The position numbers were made by a program, and so were the translations under genes. A model generated the notes under the pieces. The model was not told where the DNA came from and did not search any database. It saw only the letters and a program-made list of their open reading frames with translations. This document shows positions 31,596 to 41,982 of a stretch of 64,000 nucleotides of DNA, piece by piece (position 1 is the stretch's first letter; each line of letters starts with the position of its first letter). The stretch covers positions 26,919-90,918 of the forward strand of contig JBJHCF010000017.1 of NCBI GenBank assembly GCA_050506795.1. The letters are read 5' to 3'. The stretch comes from Opitutia bacterium. GTDB taxonomy: Bacteria; Verrucomicrobiota; Verrucomicrobiia; Opitutales; T3Sed10-336.

Positions 31596-31636
31596 AAAAG
31601 GAGCTCCTGCCGAATCCGGTACGGGCTCCTTTTTTT
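31596..31636 (+). terminator. Intrinsic terminator after gltBD
   Basis: aaaaggagc...gctcc stem followed by a T7 run. Confidence 0.8.
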
Positions 31637-31793
31637 GGCTTTTCCTTATCGCCTCCGACCGTGCCGCGGGGAATGACATGTAATTGTCTGACTGTAAGGT
31701 GGGGGAAGGTTTTACAGAAGCATACTTTTTGCCCATTCCTGAGGGGCAGAGTTCGAGTCAATCTCTTAAAAAAACCAAGAAAAAGGGAATGGT

Positions 31794-32567
31794 ATGGTTA
31801 AATCAAAGATGATCCGCCTTGTTTGCCTGGCCGCTGTCGCCGCCGGGGTTCCTTTCTCCCAAGTCGCTTTTGGACAGGGTCTTGTCTTTAATGGTGGCGC
31901 CACGCTGACCACCGAGTTCGGTGCGGGGGCGGATACATTCCTGTCCAACGATACCAACGCAGGTCCGACCGTGGTCCACGGAGGCGCGGGGGCGATGAAT
32001 GTACGCGCTATCAATGATTCGCGAGCCCGGATCATCCTGGTCCGCTTTGACGTCTCCGAGTTGGTGCCTTCCACATTGACCAACGCCACGTTAACGTTGA
32101 ATCTTACGACGGCGACCAGGGCGCGCGATTGGAATGTATTCGGCTCCTCCGACCCCGTGGTGAATGCCTGGGACGAGTTGACCACCAACTACGAGAATGC
32201 TCCGGGAATTCTTCCTGCGGATTTGGGCAATTACAATATCGACACCACGGTTTGGGAGAACCTCGGGACCTTTAATATCCAGGCCGCCACGGGACAGCAG
32301 ACCAGCGACACCGGCAGCTTGAACCTGGATGACCTTCTCACCGGCAATACCGATGGCATGGTATCGCTCCTTCTGGCCTTTCCCAGTGGCACCGATACCA
32401 ACCCGGACTGGTGGGTGACGAGCAAAGAGGGTGACCCCTTGCTGGCGCCGACTCTCAATCTCCCGGATGCCCAGGTCATTCCGGAACCGTCCACCTACGC
32501 CGCCATCTTTGGGGCGTTGGCGCTTCTCGGAGTGCTCTGTCTGCGTCGCTGGCGACGTTTGAGTTGA
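31794..32567 (+). CDS. PEP-CTERM surface protein, probable DNRLRE/CBM96-like domain
   Basis: Signal peptide; C-terminal VIPEPSTYAAIFGALALLGVLCLRRWRR; RIILVRFDVS..TNATLTL, W.ELTTNYENAP, SKEG..APTL pattern. Confidence 0.85.
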   Translation: MVKSKMIRLVCLAAVAAGVPFSQVAFGQGLVFNGGATLTTEFGAGADTFLSNDTNAGPTVVHGGAGAMNVRAINDSRARIILVRFDVSELVPSTLTNATLTLNLTTATRARDWNVFGSSDPVVNAWDELTTNYENAPGILPADLGNYNIDTTVWENLGTFNIQAATGQQTSDTGSLNLDDLLTGNTDGMVSLLLAFPSGTDTNPDWWVTSKEGDPLLAPTLNLPDAQVIPEPSTYAAIFGALALLGVLCLRRWRRLS

Positions 32568-32612
32568 TTGGTTTACCGGAAGCTACAGGCAGCTAACAGC
32601 GATTTGGTTTTT

Positions 32613-32653
32613 GACCGGGCCTCGGAGGTTTGACTTCGGGGCCTGGTCGTTTT
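32613..32653 (+). terminator. Probable intrinsic terminator after the PEP-CTERM gene
   Basis: gaccgggcctcggagg [tttga] cttcggggcctggtc-gtttt. Confidence 0.7.
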
Positions 32654-32759
32654 ATCTCAGGGCGCGGAGTTGGATTGTTATTCCGTCCTTCTCTGCCTGG
32701 GGTCTTACTCGGACCTGCCGCCGTTTCGCGGTCTCCCAACCTGAGTTGTTTGTTCAAGA

Positions 32760-35700
32760 ATGAAAACTAAAAGGCTACTTCGCTGCGCCGCTCTCCTGGT
32801 CGCCGTTCTTTGTTCTCAGCTTCTTGCGGTGGAAGCTTCCGAGGTATCGGTCACCGTCCGGGATACCTTGATCCCAACCTACGAGGTGATGGATCCCGAT
32901 CCGAATCCGATTTTCTACAACGGCCGGCGCTACCAGGGAGCGCAGGGGCGGGTTTACCCCTACGCCCTGATTCACAACCTCACGAACGATCGGGTCGATC
33001 ACTCCTACCGCGAGATCCTTCTCGAAAACGAATACGTCGAAATCTCGTTTCTGCCGGAACTGGGAGGAAGAATCTACTACGCGCGCGACAAGCGCAACGG
33101 CTACGATTACCTCTACCACAATGAAGTCGTGAAGCCGGCGTTGATTGGCATGACCGGCGCCTGGATTTCCGGCGGGGTGGAGTGGAATATTCCCCATCAC
33201 CACCGCGCGACTTCGTTCACGCCGGTCGATTACACCATCACCGAACAGGCGGATGGCTCCAAGACGGTCTGGGTTGGCGAAACCGAGTGGCGGCACCGCA
33301 CACGGTGGGTCGTCGGGATCACCTTGCGTCCGGGGTCAACTTTGTTCGAAACCACGATTCGCGTTTTCAACACCACGCCCGTCCAAAACACACTCCTGGT
33401 CTTCGCCAATGCCGCCGTTCACGCCAACGAGGATTACCAGGTTCTCTTCCCTCCCGAAACCCAGTGGACGACCTACCATCGCAAGAATCAATTCAGCCAG
33501 TGGCCGGTGAGCTACCAGGTTTTCGATGGGGCCGATTATCGCGAAGGGGTCGATGTCAGCCGTTGGCAAAATCACTCCAAGCCGACCTCCTTCTTCGAAT
33601 GGGGCAATCGGGGCAACTTCATCGCCGGTATCGATCACGGGGCGAACGCCGGAACCGTTATATTCGGCGATAAACACGTCAATCCCGGCAAGAAACTCTG
33701 GTCCTGGGGCAACAATCCCAGCGGCGCCATGTGGGATGGCCTGCTGACCGATGAAAACGGACCGTATATCGAGCTGATGTTTGGATCCTATTCGGATAAC
33801 CAGCCGGACTACAGTTGGCTGCAGGCACGCGAGGTCAAGGAGGCCACGTACTGGTTCGCTCCCCTGAATGGGTTGAGCGACGTCAAACGGGTCAATGAAA
33901 ACGCGGTGTTGGCTTTCGAAAATACTTCCGAGGGCGTGCGCCTGGGAGTCAACGCCCATCGGGCCTTTACCGGCGCCCGGGTTAGGGTTTCGGCCGGCGA
34001 AGAGGTGTTGTTTGAAGTCGAGCGCGATCTGAACCCGCACGAACCTTTCCTTGAATTTCTTGGCGATCCGGGCGCGCATGAGTTTCATGACCTCACGTTG
34101 TCGGTCCTGGATGCTTCCGGGGCGACGCTCATCACCTATTCCCCTGTCCGACTGGAAGAGGAACCCATCCCGGAGCCGGTGTCGCCTCTCCAGGACGTCG
34201 ACGGTATCGACGACGCGGAGGAACTGTATTACCAGGGGCTCTACTACGAACAATTCCACGACGCATTCTATCAGCCGCGTGACTTTTACCGGCGCGCCAT
34301 TGAGCTCAATCCCCAGCACGTGTCCGCCTTGTTGCGCACCGGAATCCTCTACATCAAGGATGGAGATTACGAGACGGCCGTTCAGTACCTGGAACCGGCG
34401 GTGGAGCGGGTGGCCTGGGATTACGTGACTCCCGAGAGAGCCGACGCGCTCTATTACCTGGCGATGGCCTACGAGCAACTGGGTCGTGAAAGCGAGGCCT
34501 ACGACCTGTATTACCGCGCCGCCTGGGACTATAATTTCACCAGCGCCGCCCATTTCCAGATGGCCCTGATGAAGGCGCGTGAGGGGGAGGAAGCCGCCGC
34601 GATGCGACACGTCGAAAACGCCGGGTTTACCAATGCCAGGAGTGTCGATGTTCTCGGCCTCAAAGTCACTCTCCTGCGCCGCGCCGGGAACGAGGAAGAT
34701 GCCGAGCGAGTCGCGCGGCGTTTGCTGGAGATCGATCCGTTGAACTTTCGCGGGTATCACGAACTCTACCTGATCACCGGCGACCGCGAGGTCCGCGGCA
34801 GACTGGCCGAACTCATGCGGAACAGCCGGGAAAACTACCTGGAACTTGCGGTCGCGTATGCCGCTGGTGGTTTTTATTCCGAGGCGATCGCGTTGCTGGA
34901 ATACGGCGTGGAGCTCGACGATCCCTCGCTAAGCGAATATCCGATTATCCATTACCACATCGGTCTTTACCGTCACCTGCAGGGTGACGGCGCCGCGGCG
35001 GCCGCGGCCTTTACTCATGCCTCCAACCGGCCCCACGCCGGGGTGTTTCCCTTCCGGTTTGAAACGGTGACGGCGCTGGAGACCGCCCTGAGCTATGACT
35101 CCCGTGACGGCCGGGCCTGGTATTATCTGGGCAATATTTACTACGACTTTCAACCCGAACGCGCCATTGATGCCTGGGAGCGGTCGGTCGACCTGGGGAG
35201 CGGCATTGCGGTTGCGCACCGCAATCTGGCGTTTGCCTACGCCAATGTGAAAAATGACTTCGATGCGACCCTGCACCATATCCGTCGCGCTCTGGAACTG
35301 AATCCGCACGATCCCCGCTACTATTACGAGCAGGACGCCTACCTGAAAACCATGCGGACCTCGGTCGAGGAACGGCTTGCGCCAATGGCGGCCAATGCCG
35401 AATTGATGGCCGCCGATCAAAATACCCGGGGTGTGTTTGCCGAACTGCTCACTCTGAACGGAGAATCCGAACGTGCCATCGAATTGATGAAGGCGCACCA
35501 GTTCCGGCGTTGGGAGGGCGGCGGCGGTGTTTATCCGTTCTGGGTTTACGCCCACCTGAACAGGGGTCGGGCCGCCATGGGCGCCGACCAACCGGAAGCC
35601 GCACGGAGTTGGTTCGAGGCGGCGATTTCCTATCCGGAAAACCTGGAGACGGTCAGCAGCCCCCTGGAAACGATCGTGGTTTACCACCAGGCGGTTCTGG

Positions 35701-36080
35701 CAGAGCGCGCGGGCGATCGCGAGGAGGCAGAGCGACTCTTACGGCGGGCCGCCGGTGGCAGCACCCGGGTGCCGGAATGCGCTTACTTTGTAGCCCGGGC
35801 TCACGAGCGACTCGGGGAAACCGACCGGGCAGAAGGGGTCTTCCGATCGCTCATTCAAAGCGGAGAGCGGGAGTTGGAACGCGAGACGACCGTCGATTTC
35901 TTCGATCCGTTCAGTCGTCAAAGGTCGGGCGCCGAACGGATGGCCGAGGGGTATTTTCGGTTGGCCCTGGGCAATCACGGTCTGGGGGAAAGCGATCGGG
36001 CGGCCCACTACTTTTCGCGTGCCTATGAATACGACCCGGCCCTCCTGTCGGTGGTGGCCTCGTATTATCGGGTTCCTTGA
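32760..36080 (+). CDS. DUF5107 domain + TPR repeat secreted protein
   Basis: Signal peptide, LENEYV...LPELGGRIY, VVKPALIG..GAWISGGVEWN, PGKKLWSWG, long TPR C-terminal half. Confidence 0.88.
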   Translation: MKTKRLLRCAALLVAVLCSQLLAVEASEVSVTVRDTLIPTYEVMDPDPNPIFYNGRRYQGAQGRVYPYALIHNLTNDRVDHSYREILLENEYVEISFLPELGGRIYYARDKRNGYDYLYHNEVVKPALIGMTGAWISGGVEWNIPHHHRATSFTPVDYTITEQADGSKTVWVGETEWRHRTRWVVGITLRPGSTLFETTIRVFNTTPVQNTLLVFANAAVHANEDYQVLFPPETQWTTYHRKNQFSQWPVSYQVFDGADYREGVDVSRWQNHSKPTSFFEWGNRGNFIAGIDHGANAGTVIFGDKHVNPGKKLWSWGNNPSGAMWDGLLTDENGPYIELMFGSYSDNQPDYSWLQAREVKEATYWFAPLNGLSDVKRVNENAVLAFENTSEGVRLGVNAHRAFTGARVRVSAGEEVLFEVERDLNPHEPFLEFLGDPGAHEFHDLTLSVLDASGATLITYSPVRLEEEPIPEPVSPLQDVDGIDDAEELYYQGLYYEQFHDAFYQPRDFYRRAIELNPQHVSALLRTGILYIKDGDYETAVQYLEPAVERVAWDYVTPERADALYYLAMAYEQLGRESEAYDLYYRAAWDYNFTSAAHFQMALMKAREGEEAAAMRHVENAGFTNARSVDVLGLKVTLLRRAGNEEDAERVARRLLEIDPLNFRGYHELYLITGDREVRGRLAELMRNSRENYLELAVAYAAGGFYSEAIALLEYGVELDDPSLSEYPIIHYHIGLYRHLQGDGAAAAAAFTHASNRPHAGVFPFRFETVTALETALSYDSRDGRAWYYLGNIYYDFQPERAIDAWERSVDLGSGIAVAHRNLAFAYANVKNDFDATLHHIRRALELNPHDPRYYYEQDAYLKTMRTSVEERLAPMAANAELMAADQNTRGVFAELLTLNGESERAIELMKAHQFRRWEGGGGVYPFWVYAHLNRGRAAMGADQPEAARSWFEAAISYPENLETVSSPLETIVVYHQAVLAERAGDREEAERLLRRAAGGSTRVPECAYFVARAHERLGETDRAEGVFRSLIQSGERELERETTVDFFDPFSRQRSGAERMAEGYFRLALGNHGLGESDRAAHYFSRAYEYDPALLSVVASYYRVP

Positions 36081-39013
36081 ACCTGCGGGGTGTTCGTTCC
36101 GAAAAGGTCGTCCAGAGCCGTTTCGTCCAGAACGATCTTGCCGTTGGTCTGACCGGATAGAAGCGAGTCGACGAGAGCCTTCTTTTTCGCGTGCAGCTCG
36201 AGGATTTTGGTTTCCACCGTATCCGACGCGATAAGGCGGTGTACAAAAACCGGCTTGTCCTGGCCGATGCGGTGGGCGCGATCCGTGGCCTGGGCTTCGA
36301 CCGCGGGATTCCACCACGGATCGTAGTGAATGACGGTGTCGGCGGCGGTGAGATTGAGTCCCACGCCGCCGGCTTTCAGGCTGATAAGCAGCACCGGTGT
36401 GTCGCCGCGTTCGAACTCATCGACGATGGCGGAGCGATCGGTGGTTTCCCCGGTCAGCCGCAGGTACCGCCATCCGCGGCGTTCCATCGATTCAGCCGCC
36501 AGGTTCAGCATCTGCACGAATTGGGAAAAAACCAACACCCGGCGGCCTTCGGCGAGGAGTTCCTCCAGGAGTTCGAGCAGGCGCTGCAGCTTGGCGGAAT
36601 CCTCGGCTTCGAAAGCGAAACCGCCCCGACGGGCCAAACGCGGGTCGCAGCAAATCAGGCGCAGCTGCAAGAGCGCGTCGAGCACAAAGATCTGCGACTG
36701 CTCCAGGCCCCGTTCCTCCAGGATTCTGCGAACGTCTTTTACCAGTCGCATACGGGTTGCTTCGTAGGCTTCGCTTTGTCGTGACGACAATTCGACGCTG
36801 TGGGTGATCTCGGTTTTTGGCGGAAGTTCCCGGGCGACGTCCTCCTTGCGGCGGCGTAGGATAAAAGGCGATACGCGGCTGGAAAGCAGCTTTGCCAGGC
36901 GGGTTCCTTCGTCGCCGGTTTCGGTCTCTATCGGCCGGCGAAACTGCTCCCGGAAAGCGTCCGCCGTGCCGAGGAATCCGGGCATCAGAAAATGGAACAG
37001 CGACCAGAGTTCTCCGAGGTGGTTTTCCATGGGTGTTCCGGAAAGGCAAAGGCGGCGCTTCGCCTTTAACGCGCCGGCGATTTGGGCGGTTTGGGAGAGC
37101 GGGTTTTTGATCACCTGGGCTTCGTCCAGAACGACAAACGCCCACTCGACTTCCAGAAACAACCGGGCGTCCTGACGCAGCAGGGGGTAGGAGGTTACCG
37201 TCAGGTCGGAATCCTGGGCGGATTTCCAGGCTTGTTCTCTTTCCTTACCGTGATGCCGGTGGGTGGTCAGGTCCGGGGTGTGCGCGGCGGCCTCCCGTAT
37301 CCAGTTGTCGAGCACACTGGTGGGCGCGACCACCAGGACCGGGCCGTTCAGACGTTGGCGTTGTTTTTCGTACAGAAGGTGGACCAGCGTTTGTCGTGTT
37401 TTTCCCAGGCCCATGTCGTCGGCCAGAATGCCGTGGGTTCCGGTTTCGCGGAGAAAGTCCAACCAGGCGAGACCGGTTTTTTGATAATCGCGCAAGGTTT
37501 CCGCCGCCGGAGGGAGGTCGGAGGGCGGTGTAAGTTGAATTTCGTCGCCGAGTCGCCGGCGCAGACGCCGCAGGTAGTCGGTGTCCAGACCGGCGGGCGA
37601 TTCCGTTTCGGTGTCCAGGGCGATTTCGGCTGCCCGCCAGCGCGATAGGCGCATCGCGCCGTCGCCGTCCAGGCTGGTGCCGCGCAACTCGAACAGCGCG
37701 TCCAGCAATCCGACGAGGCGTTCGCCCGGGACGAGCAGACAGGTCTCACTGGATTTCCCGGGAGTCACCACGAACGTACTTCCGGCCAGGCGCTCGCGCA
37801 GAACCGGATAGGGAAGGCGACGGTGGGCGTGGAGGAAGTCACGAAAAATGGGCAGGACTTCGATCCGGTGGCGGCCGTAGCGGATGCCGACGCTGTACGA
37901 GAACCAGTCGCCGCGCGTCTCCTGCAGACGCGAGATCCAGTTGGCATCGGAGGGTATTTCCAAGTGGAATCCCGTTTCGAAGTCGATTTGCCAGCCGCTT
38001 TTCCGCATCCCGGGGAAGACTTTTTTAAGCAGAGCAGCCCAGGTTTGCGGGGCGTCGGGTTTGAGTTGGAGGTCCCCCTGGTGGAAGTCGAAGAGAGACT
38101 CCTGCGAGTCCGTTGGTTTGCGTTCGAAGCCGAGTTGAGTCAACCGCGCGGCCGCTTCGGTTTCGGCGTCGGCATCCCGGCGGCAGCGGCGCAACCGGCC
38201 TACATCTTCAAAGGTGACGGTGGATCGTTCGTCGTCCCAGGCGACTTCCCGCGGCCCGTAGAAAAAGGAAAGACGTGCCAGGGCGAGTTGGTTCAGGTCG
38301 TGTAGGGTTCCGGGCTCCAGAGGGCCGTCGGAGTCGCGACGCAACAGCTTCAACCTCGGAACCGGGAGAATGGACTCTTCGCTGCGTCCACCGAGTTCAT
38401 CGGGGGTGGGCAGCGGATGATCGGGGTAGCGATTCAGGAGGCGCAGGCAGAAGGATTTGGCGGCGTCCGTTTCCATCGGATCGGCTTTGAGCCAGTCGGC
38501 GGCCAGGGAGTCGGGCCAGTCCACTTGGAGGGGGCCGATTCGGTTGGGTTGTTCGGAGGTGTCGATGTAGCAAGCGGGCTGGGTGGCCACCAGCCAGGAG
38601 GCTGGCGGGTCGCATTGAAAATCGGGTTGTCGCAGCCCTTCCGTCGTGGTTGACCACGCCGGGGTTGCCGGACGGGGCTCGCCCCAGGCCACGCGGAGGT
38701 GGTTGCCGTCGGCGAGGAAGGCGCGACCGGTTTCGACCATGGCCTGGAGCAGGGTCCAGCCGTCGGGGCCGTCGATCAGGGCCTCGCCGCCTGCCCGCAC
38801 CTCGTAGTACATCAGCCTCGCCAGGATGCGATTGTCGTTGTCTCGACGGTAGTCGGCGTAACTGTTTTGCATCAGTTCCGCCAGGCGTTTAACCGGCGCC
38901 GGCCGAAAGGCTTTCCAGTTCAGGAGGCGGGTGAGACGAAGGGAGCAACGCATCCGCCGGCACTCGTCGCGCGACAGCAAATACACGATACGTTCCGGTC
39001 GGTCGTTTGCCAT
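36065..39013 (-). CDS. SNF2-family helicase/ATPase
   Basis: LRDYQ, GILADDMGLGKT, LDEAQ, LSGTPMENHLGELWS, FSQF, SLKAGGVGLNLT, QATDRAHRIGQ. Confidence 0.95.
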   Translation of the reverse strand: MANDRPERIVYLLSRDECRRMRCSLRLTRLLNWKAFRPAPVKRLAELMQNSYADYRRDNDNRILARLMYYEVRAGGEALIDGPDGWTLLQAMVETGRAFLADGNHLRVAWGEPRPATPAWSTTTEGLRQPDFQCDPPASWLVATQPACYIDTSEQPNRIGPLQVDWPDSLAADWLKADPMETDAAKSFCLRLLNRYPDHPLPTPDELGGRSEESILPVPRLKLLRRDSDGPLEPGTLHDLNQLALARLSFFYGPREVAWDDERSTVTFEDVGRLRRCRRDADAETEAAARLTQLGFERKPTDSQESLFDFHQGDLQLKPDAPQTWAALLKKVFPGMRKSGWQIDFETGFHLEIPSDANWISRLQETRGDWFSYSVGIRYGRHRIEVLPIFRDFLHAHRRLPYPVLRERLAGSTFVVTPGKSSETCLLVPGERLVGLLDALFELRGTSLDGDGAMRLSRWRAAEIALDTETESPAGLDTDYLRRLRRRLGDEIQLTPPSDLPPAAETLRDYQKTGLAWLDFLRETGTHGILADDMGLGKTRQTLVHLLYEKQRQRLNGPVLVVAPTSVLDNWIREAAAHTPDLTTHRHHGKEREQAWKSAQDSDLTVTSYPLLRQDARLFLEVEWAFVVLDEAQVIKNPLSQTAQIAGALKAKRRLCLSGTPMENHLGELWSLFHFLMPGFLGTADAFREQFRRPIETETGDEGTRLAKLLSSRVSPFILRRRKEDVARELPPKTEITHSVELSSRQSEAYEATRMRLVKDVRRILEERGLEQSQIFVLDALLQLRLICCDPRLARRGGFAFEAEDSAKLQRLLELLEELLAEGRRVLVFSQFVQMLNLAAESMERRGWRYLRLTGETTDRSAIVDEFERGDTPVLLISLKAGGVGLNLTAADTVIHYDPWWNPAVEAQATDRAHRIGQDKPVFVHRLIASDTVETKILELHAKKKALVDSLLSGQTNGKIVLDETALDDLFGTNTPQVQGTR

Positions 39014-39087
39014 GCGGGAGAATCAAACGTCCGCCTTAGGAGAACACAATCGGAAGATGGAAAAAAGTGGCCGCGCCGGGGCCGAAT

Positions 39088-41103
39088 TCAGGCCGAGACG
39101 GCCTGAGGAGAAGTTTTCTCGTCGCCACCCAGAATGGGGGGCATGGGGCAGCCGAGGCATTCGGCGAAGGTTCGGAGCAGTTCTCCTTCCTCCACCGCGA
39201 TCTTGCCATCGGATGCCACACAGAGGGATGCGCTTTGCAGAAAACGTTTTTTCATGGGAGGGGAAATCTGATCCAGGCGGTCGAGCGCCTCGCCGATGGC
39301 TTCCGGGGTGCAGGCGCTTTCCGCGGCCAGCGCGGCATCTCCCGCCAGCATGGGCAAGCGGGCGATCGCGGCCCGGAAGGCTTTGGTGGTGTCTTTTTCT
39401 CCGGCGTGGGCCAGTGCCGAGAGGAGCAGGGCGATTTCTCCGGCCACCGCGTGGAAGGAATGGAGTTGGGCGATACGCTTTTCCTCCCTTCCGAAATGTA
39501 TGTTGAGGCGCCGGAAGAGGATTTTCTCCAGGCAGAACTCGAACAGGGAAAGCTGTTCGTCCGCCTGGATGAGGGCGGTGACGACCGATTTGAAGTGGTC
39601 GTATTGCTCGGGCGAGAGTTCGCGCAGGGCCGGTATGGAGATGTCGAGCAGGGGAAGGCGGACATCCGGGGGGAGGTTGTCCATGTGGGGAAGAAGTTTT
39701 TCCAGTTCGCCGAGTACCCGGGGGTCGGCCTTTTCCTTGAGCAGCGCGAGTTGACGTTCCCTGAATTGTTGCTCCCGGGACAACAGGAGCAGGTAAATCA
39801 CGGCCTTGGCGCCCAGGGTTTCCCGGGCAGCGGTGCGAACCTTGTTGGGGATCTCTTGCAGGAGGGTGGTTGCGCGTTGGCGGTGGGAGTCGCCCAGGGT
39901 GCCGATGCTGGCCAGCAGCAGGTCCAGGCGGACCGGAAGGGCGGAAGCGCCGGGCAGGATGGAACGTCCGCCCTGGGGGCGGACGGCTTCCGGGCGGGCG
40001 ACGATCTTGGAGGCTTTCGTTTCCAGGGGCTGGCTCGGTTTGACCAGCGGGAACCTGCCGTCGAACGAAGGATCGATCCGGTGAATGCGCTGCCGCAGAG
40101 GCGGGTGGGTGGCGAAGAGGTTGGCCGCCGAGGCGCTCATGGCGTTGGCGAAAAAGAAATGCCCCGCCTCCACCGCGTGGGCGCAGCGAACCTGACCCTT
40201 GAAAACGAGTCCGCCGATCTTCTTGAGTGCGCCGGAGATGCCTTCGGGGTTACGGGTGTATTGGACGGCGGCGGCGTCGGCCAGGAATTCGCGCTGACGG
40301 GAAACGGCGCTCTGGATCAGTCGGGCGAAGATGACGCCGAGGTAGCCGATGGCAGCGAGACCGGCGGCAACCACCGCGATGATTAAGATTCCGGAATTGC
40401 CGCGGCCCCGGCCGCCTGTGCGCGGCGCCACCCGTACGCCCCGCCTGGTTTCAAAGAGCCCGCGCAAGATCACCATGCCGATCAGGTGAAGGATCAGGAT
40501 GCCGTTGAGCAAGCCCATGAGACGGGTGTTCAGGCGCATATCGCCGTTGAGGATGTGGCTGAATTCGTGGGCGATGACCCCCTGCAATTCGTCGCGATTC
40601 AGGGTTTCCAGCGCGCCGCGGGTGACGGCTACGGCGGCGGTTTCGGGCGAGGTGCCGGCGGCGAAGGCGTTGATCCCGAGTTCCTGTTCCAGGATATAAA
40701 TCTCGGGAACGGGCATCCCCGAGGCGATCGACATCTCCTCCACCACGTTAATCAGACGGCGGGCGGCGGGATCGTCGGAGGACGGAACCACGGGCGTACC
40801 GCCGAGAAGTCGCGCCACCCGGCCGCCATCGCCTCGCAGTTCCAGGATCCGGTAACCGGTTCCGGAGCCGATCACCAACAAGGTGCCGGCCGTCACCAAC
40901 AGGAAGATCAGGGGATCCCAGAACGGAGCCGATTCCCACGGGGCCTCGACGCTTCTTGGTCTCACCTCGAAGTCGGAAAAACTCAGCGCGAAGATGGTGA
41001 TCGCATAAATCGCGACGATGATCGCGACGATGGCCAGCAGGTAAAGGCTGAGCAACAGCAGCGTTTGTCTCTTGGCGCGGTCCTGGGAAGCGAAAAAATC
41101 CAT
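39088..41103 (-). CDS. HtpX-like M48 metalloprotease with C-terminal extension
   Basis: MDFFASQ start, INAFAAG, ELQGVIAHEFSH, SRQREFLADA, ATHPPL; downstream of lemA. Confidence 0.92.
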   Translation of the reverse strand: MDFFASQDRAKRQTLLLLSLYLLAIVAIIVAIYAITIFALSFSDFEVRPRSVEAPWESAPFWDPLIFLLVTAGTLLVIGSGTGYRILELRGDGGRVARLLGGTPVVPSSDDPAARRLINVVEEMSIASGMPVPEIYILEQELGINAFAAGTSPETAAVAVTRGALETLNRDELQGVIAHEFSHILNGDMRLNTRLMGLLNGILILHLIGMVILRGLFETRRGVRVAPRTGGRGRGNSGILIIAVVAAGLAAIGYLGVIFARLIQSAVSRQREFLADAAAVQYTRNPEGISGALKKIGGLVFKGQVRCAHAVEAGHFFFANAMSASAANLFATHPPLRQRIHRIDPSFDGRFPLVKPSQPLETKASKIVARPEAVRPQGGRSILPGASALPVRLDLLLASIGTLGDSHRQRATTLLQEIPNKVRTAARETLGAKAVIYLLLLSREQQFRERQLALLKEKADPRVLGELEKLLPHMDNLPPDVRLPLLDISIPALRELSPEQYDHFKSVVTALIQADEQLSLFEFCLEKILFRRLNIHFGREEKRIAQLHSFHAVAGEIALLLSALAHAGEKDTTKAFRAAIARLPMLAGDAALAAESACTPEAIGEALDRLDQISPPMKKRFLQSASLCVASDGKIAVEEGELLRTFAECLGCPMPPILGGDEKTSPQAVSA

Positions 41104-41127
41104 CGGAAGGGGTAATCCGTTTCCCGT

Positions 41128-41727
41128 TTACTGCCCGAATGACACCTTGGGCGCTTCCCTGTGGGCGGGACTTTCGATTTCGAAGAGCTGGGCCGCCTGG
41201 AAGTTGAAGGGCGCGGCGATGACGTTGTTGGGAAATTTCTCCCGCTCGGTGTTGTACCGCATCACCGCGTCGTTGAATGCCTGCCGGGCGAAGGCGATCT
41301 TGTTTTCGGTGGAGGATAATTCCTCGGTGAGCTGGGCCATGTTCTGGTTGGCTTTCAGGTCAGGGTAGGCTTCGGACAGCGCGAACAGTTTACCCAGTGC
41401 TCCGGTCAGCGCGGTTTCGGCCCCCATGAGCCCCTTGATGGCGGAAGGGTCCTCCGGATGGGCGGCCGCCTGCTGATTGGCCTGACTGGCGGTGTTGCGG
41501 GCCTGAATGACGGCTTCCAGGGTCTCGCGTTCGTGCTTGAGGTAGGCTTTGGCCGTTTCCACCAGATTGGGAATGAGGTCGTAGCGGCGCTTCAATTGGA
41601 CGTCGATCTGCGCGAAAGCGTTCTTGAATCGATTGCGCAGGGTCACCAGGCGGTTGTAGATGCCGATGACAAACAACGCTGTCGCGACAATGATGAAGAT
41701 CAGAATGATGTAGGGAAGGTATTCCAT
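41128..41727 (-). CDS. lemA: LemA family protein
   Basis: YNRLVTLRN, QIDVQLKRRYDLIPNLV, EAYPDLKAN, TENKIAFARQ. Confidence 0.95.
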   Translation of the reverse strand: MEYLPYIILIFIIVATALFVIGIYNRLVTLRNRFKNAFAQIDVQLKRRYDLIPNLVETAKAYLKHERETLEAVIQARNTASQANQQAAAHPEDPSAIKGLMGAETALTGALGKLFALSEAYPDLKANQNMAQLTEELSSTENKIAFARQAFNDAVMRYNTEREKFPNNVIAAPFNFQAAQLFEIESPAHREAPKVSFGQ

Positions 41728-41982
41728 GGCGCTCTTGGGTCGATTACTGGGATGGTCGGTTTTCGAGAAGAAAGAGACTCCTTTTTCGGGTTGTGATTGG
41801 CGATAATAGTGACCGTTTGACGAGAGGGCCAGCGTAAAACGACTCACGTTTGTGCATTGTCATTTCAACCGGATTAGGTAAGTTTAATCCGATTGATGAC
41901 GGATACCGTTTGCAGAGATGGCCCGCCCGGGGAGGCGCGTTGCCGGTGGGGCCGACCCTTTGGCGGAAGCGGGTTGCGTTCG

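Noticed and set aside
31680..31700. Possible GntR-type operator aattgtctgac upstream of the PEP-CTERM gene
   Set aside because: Only a 3-bp palindromic core; the right arm does not match.
31745..31770. gttcgagtc resembling a tRNA T-loop
   Set aside because: No cloverleaf stems around it.
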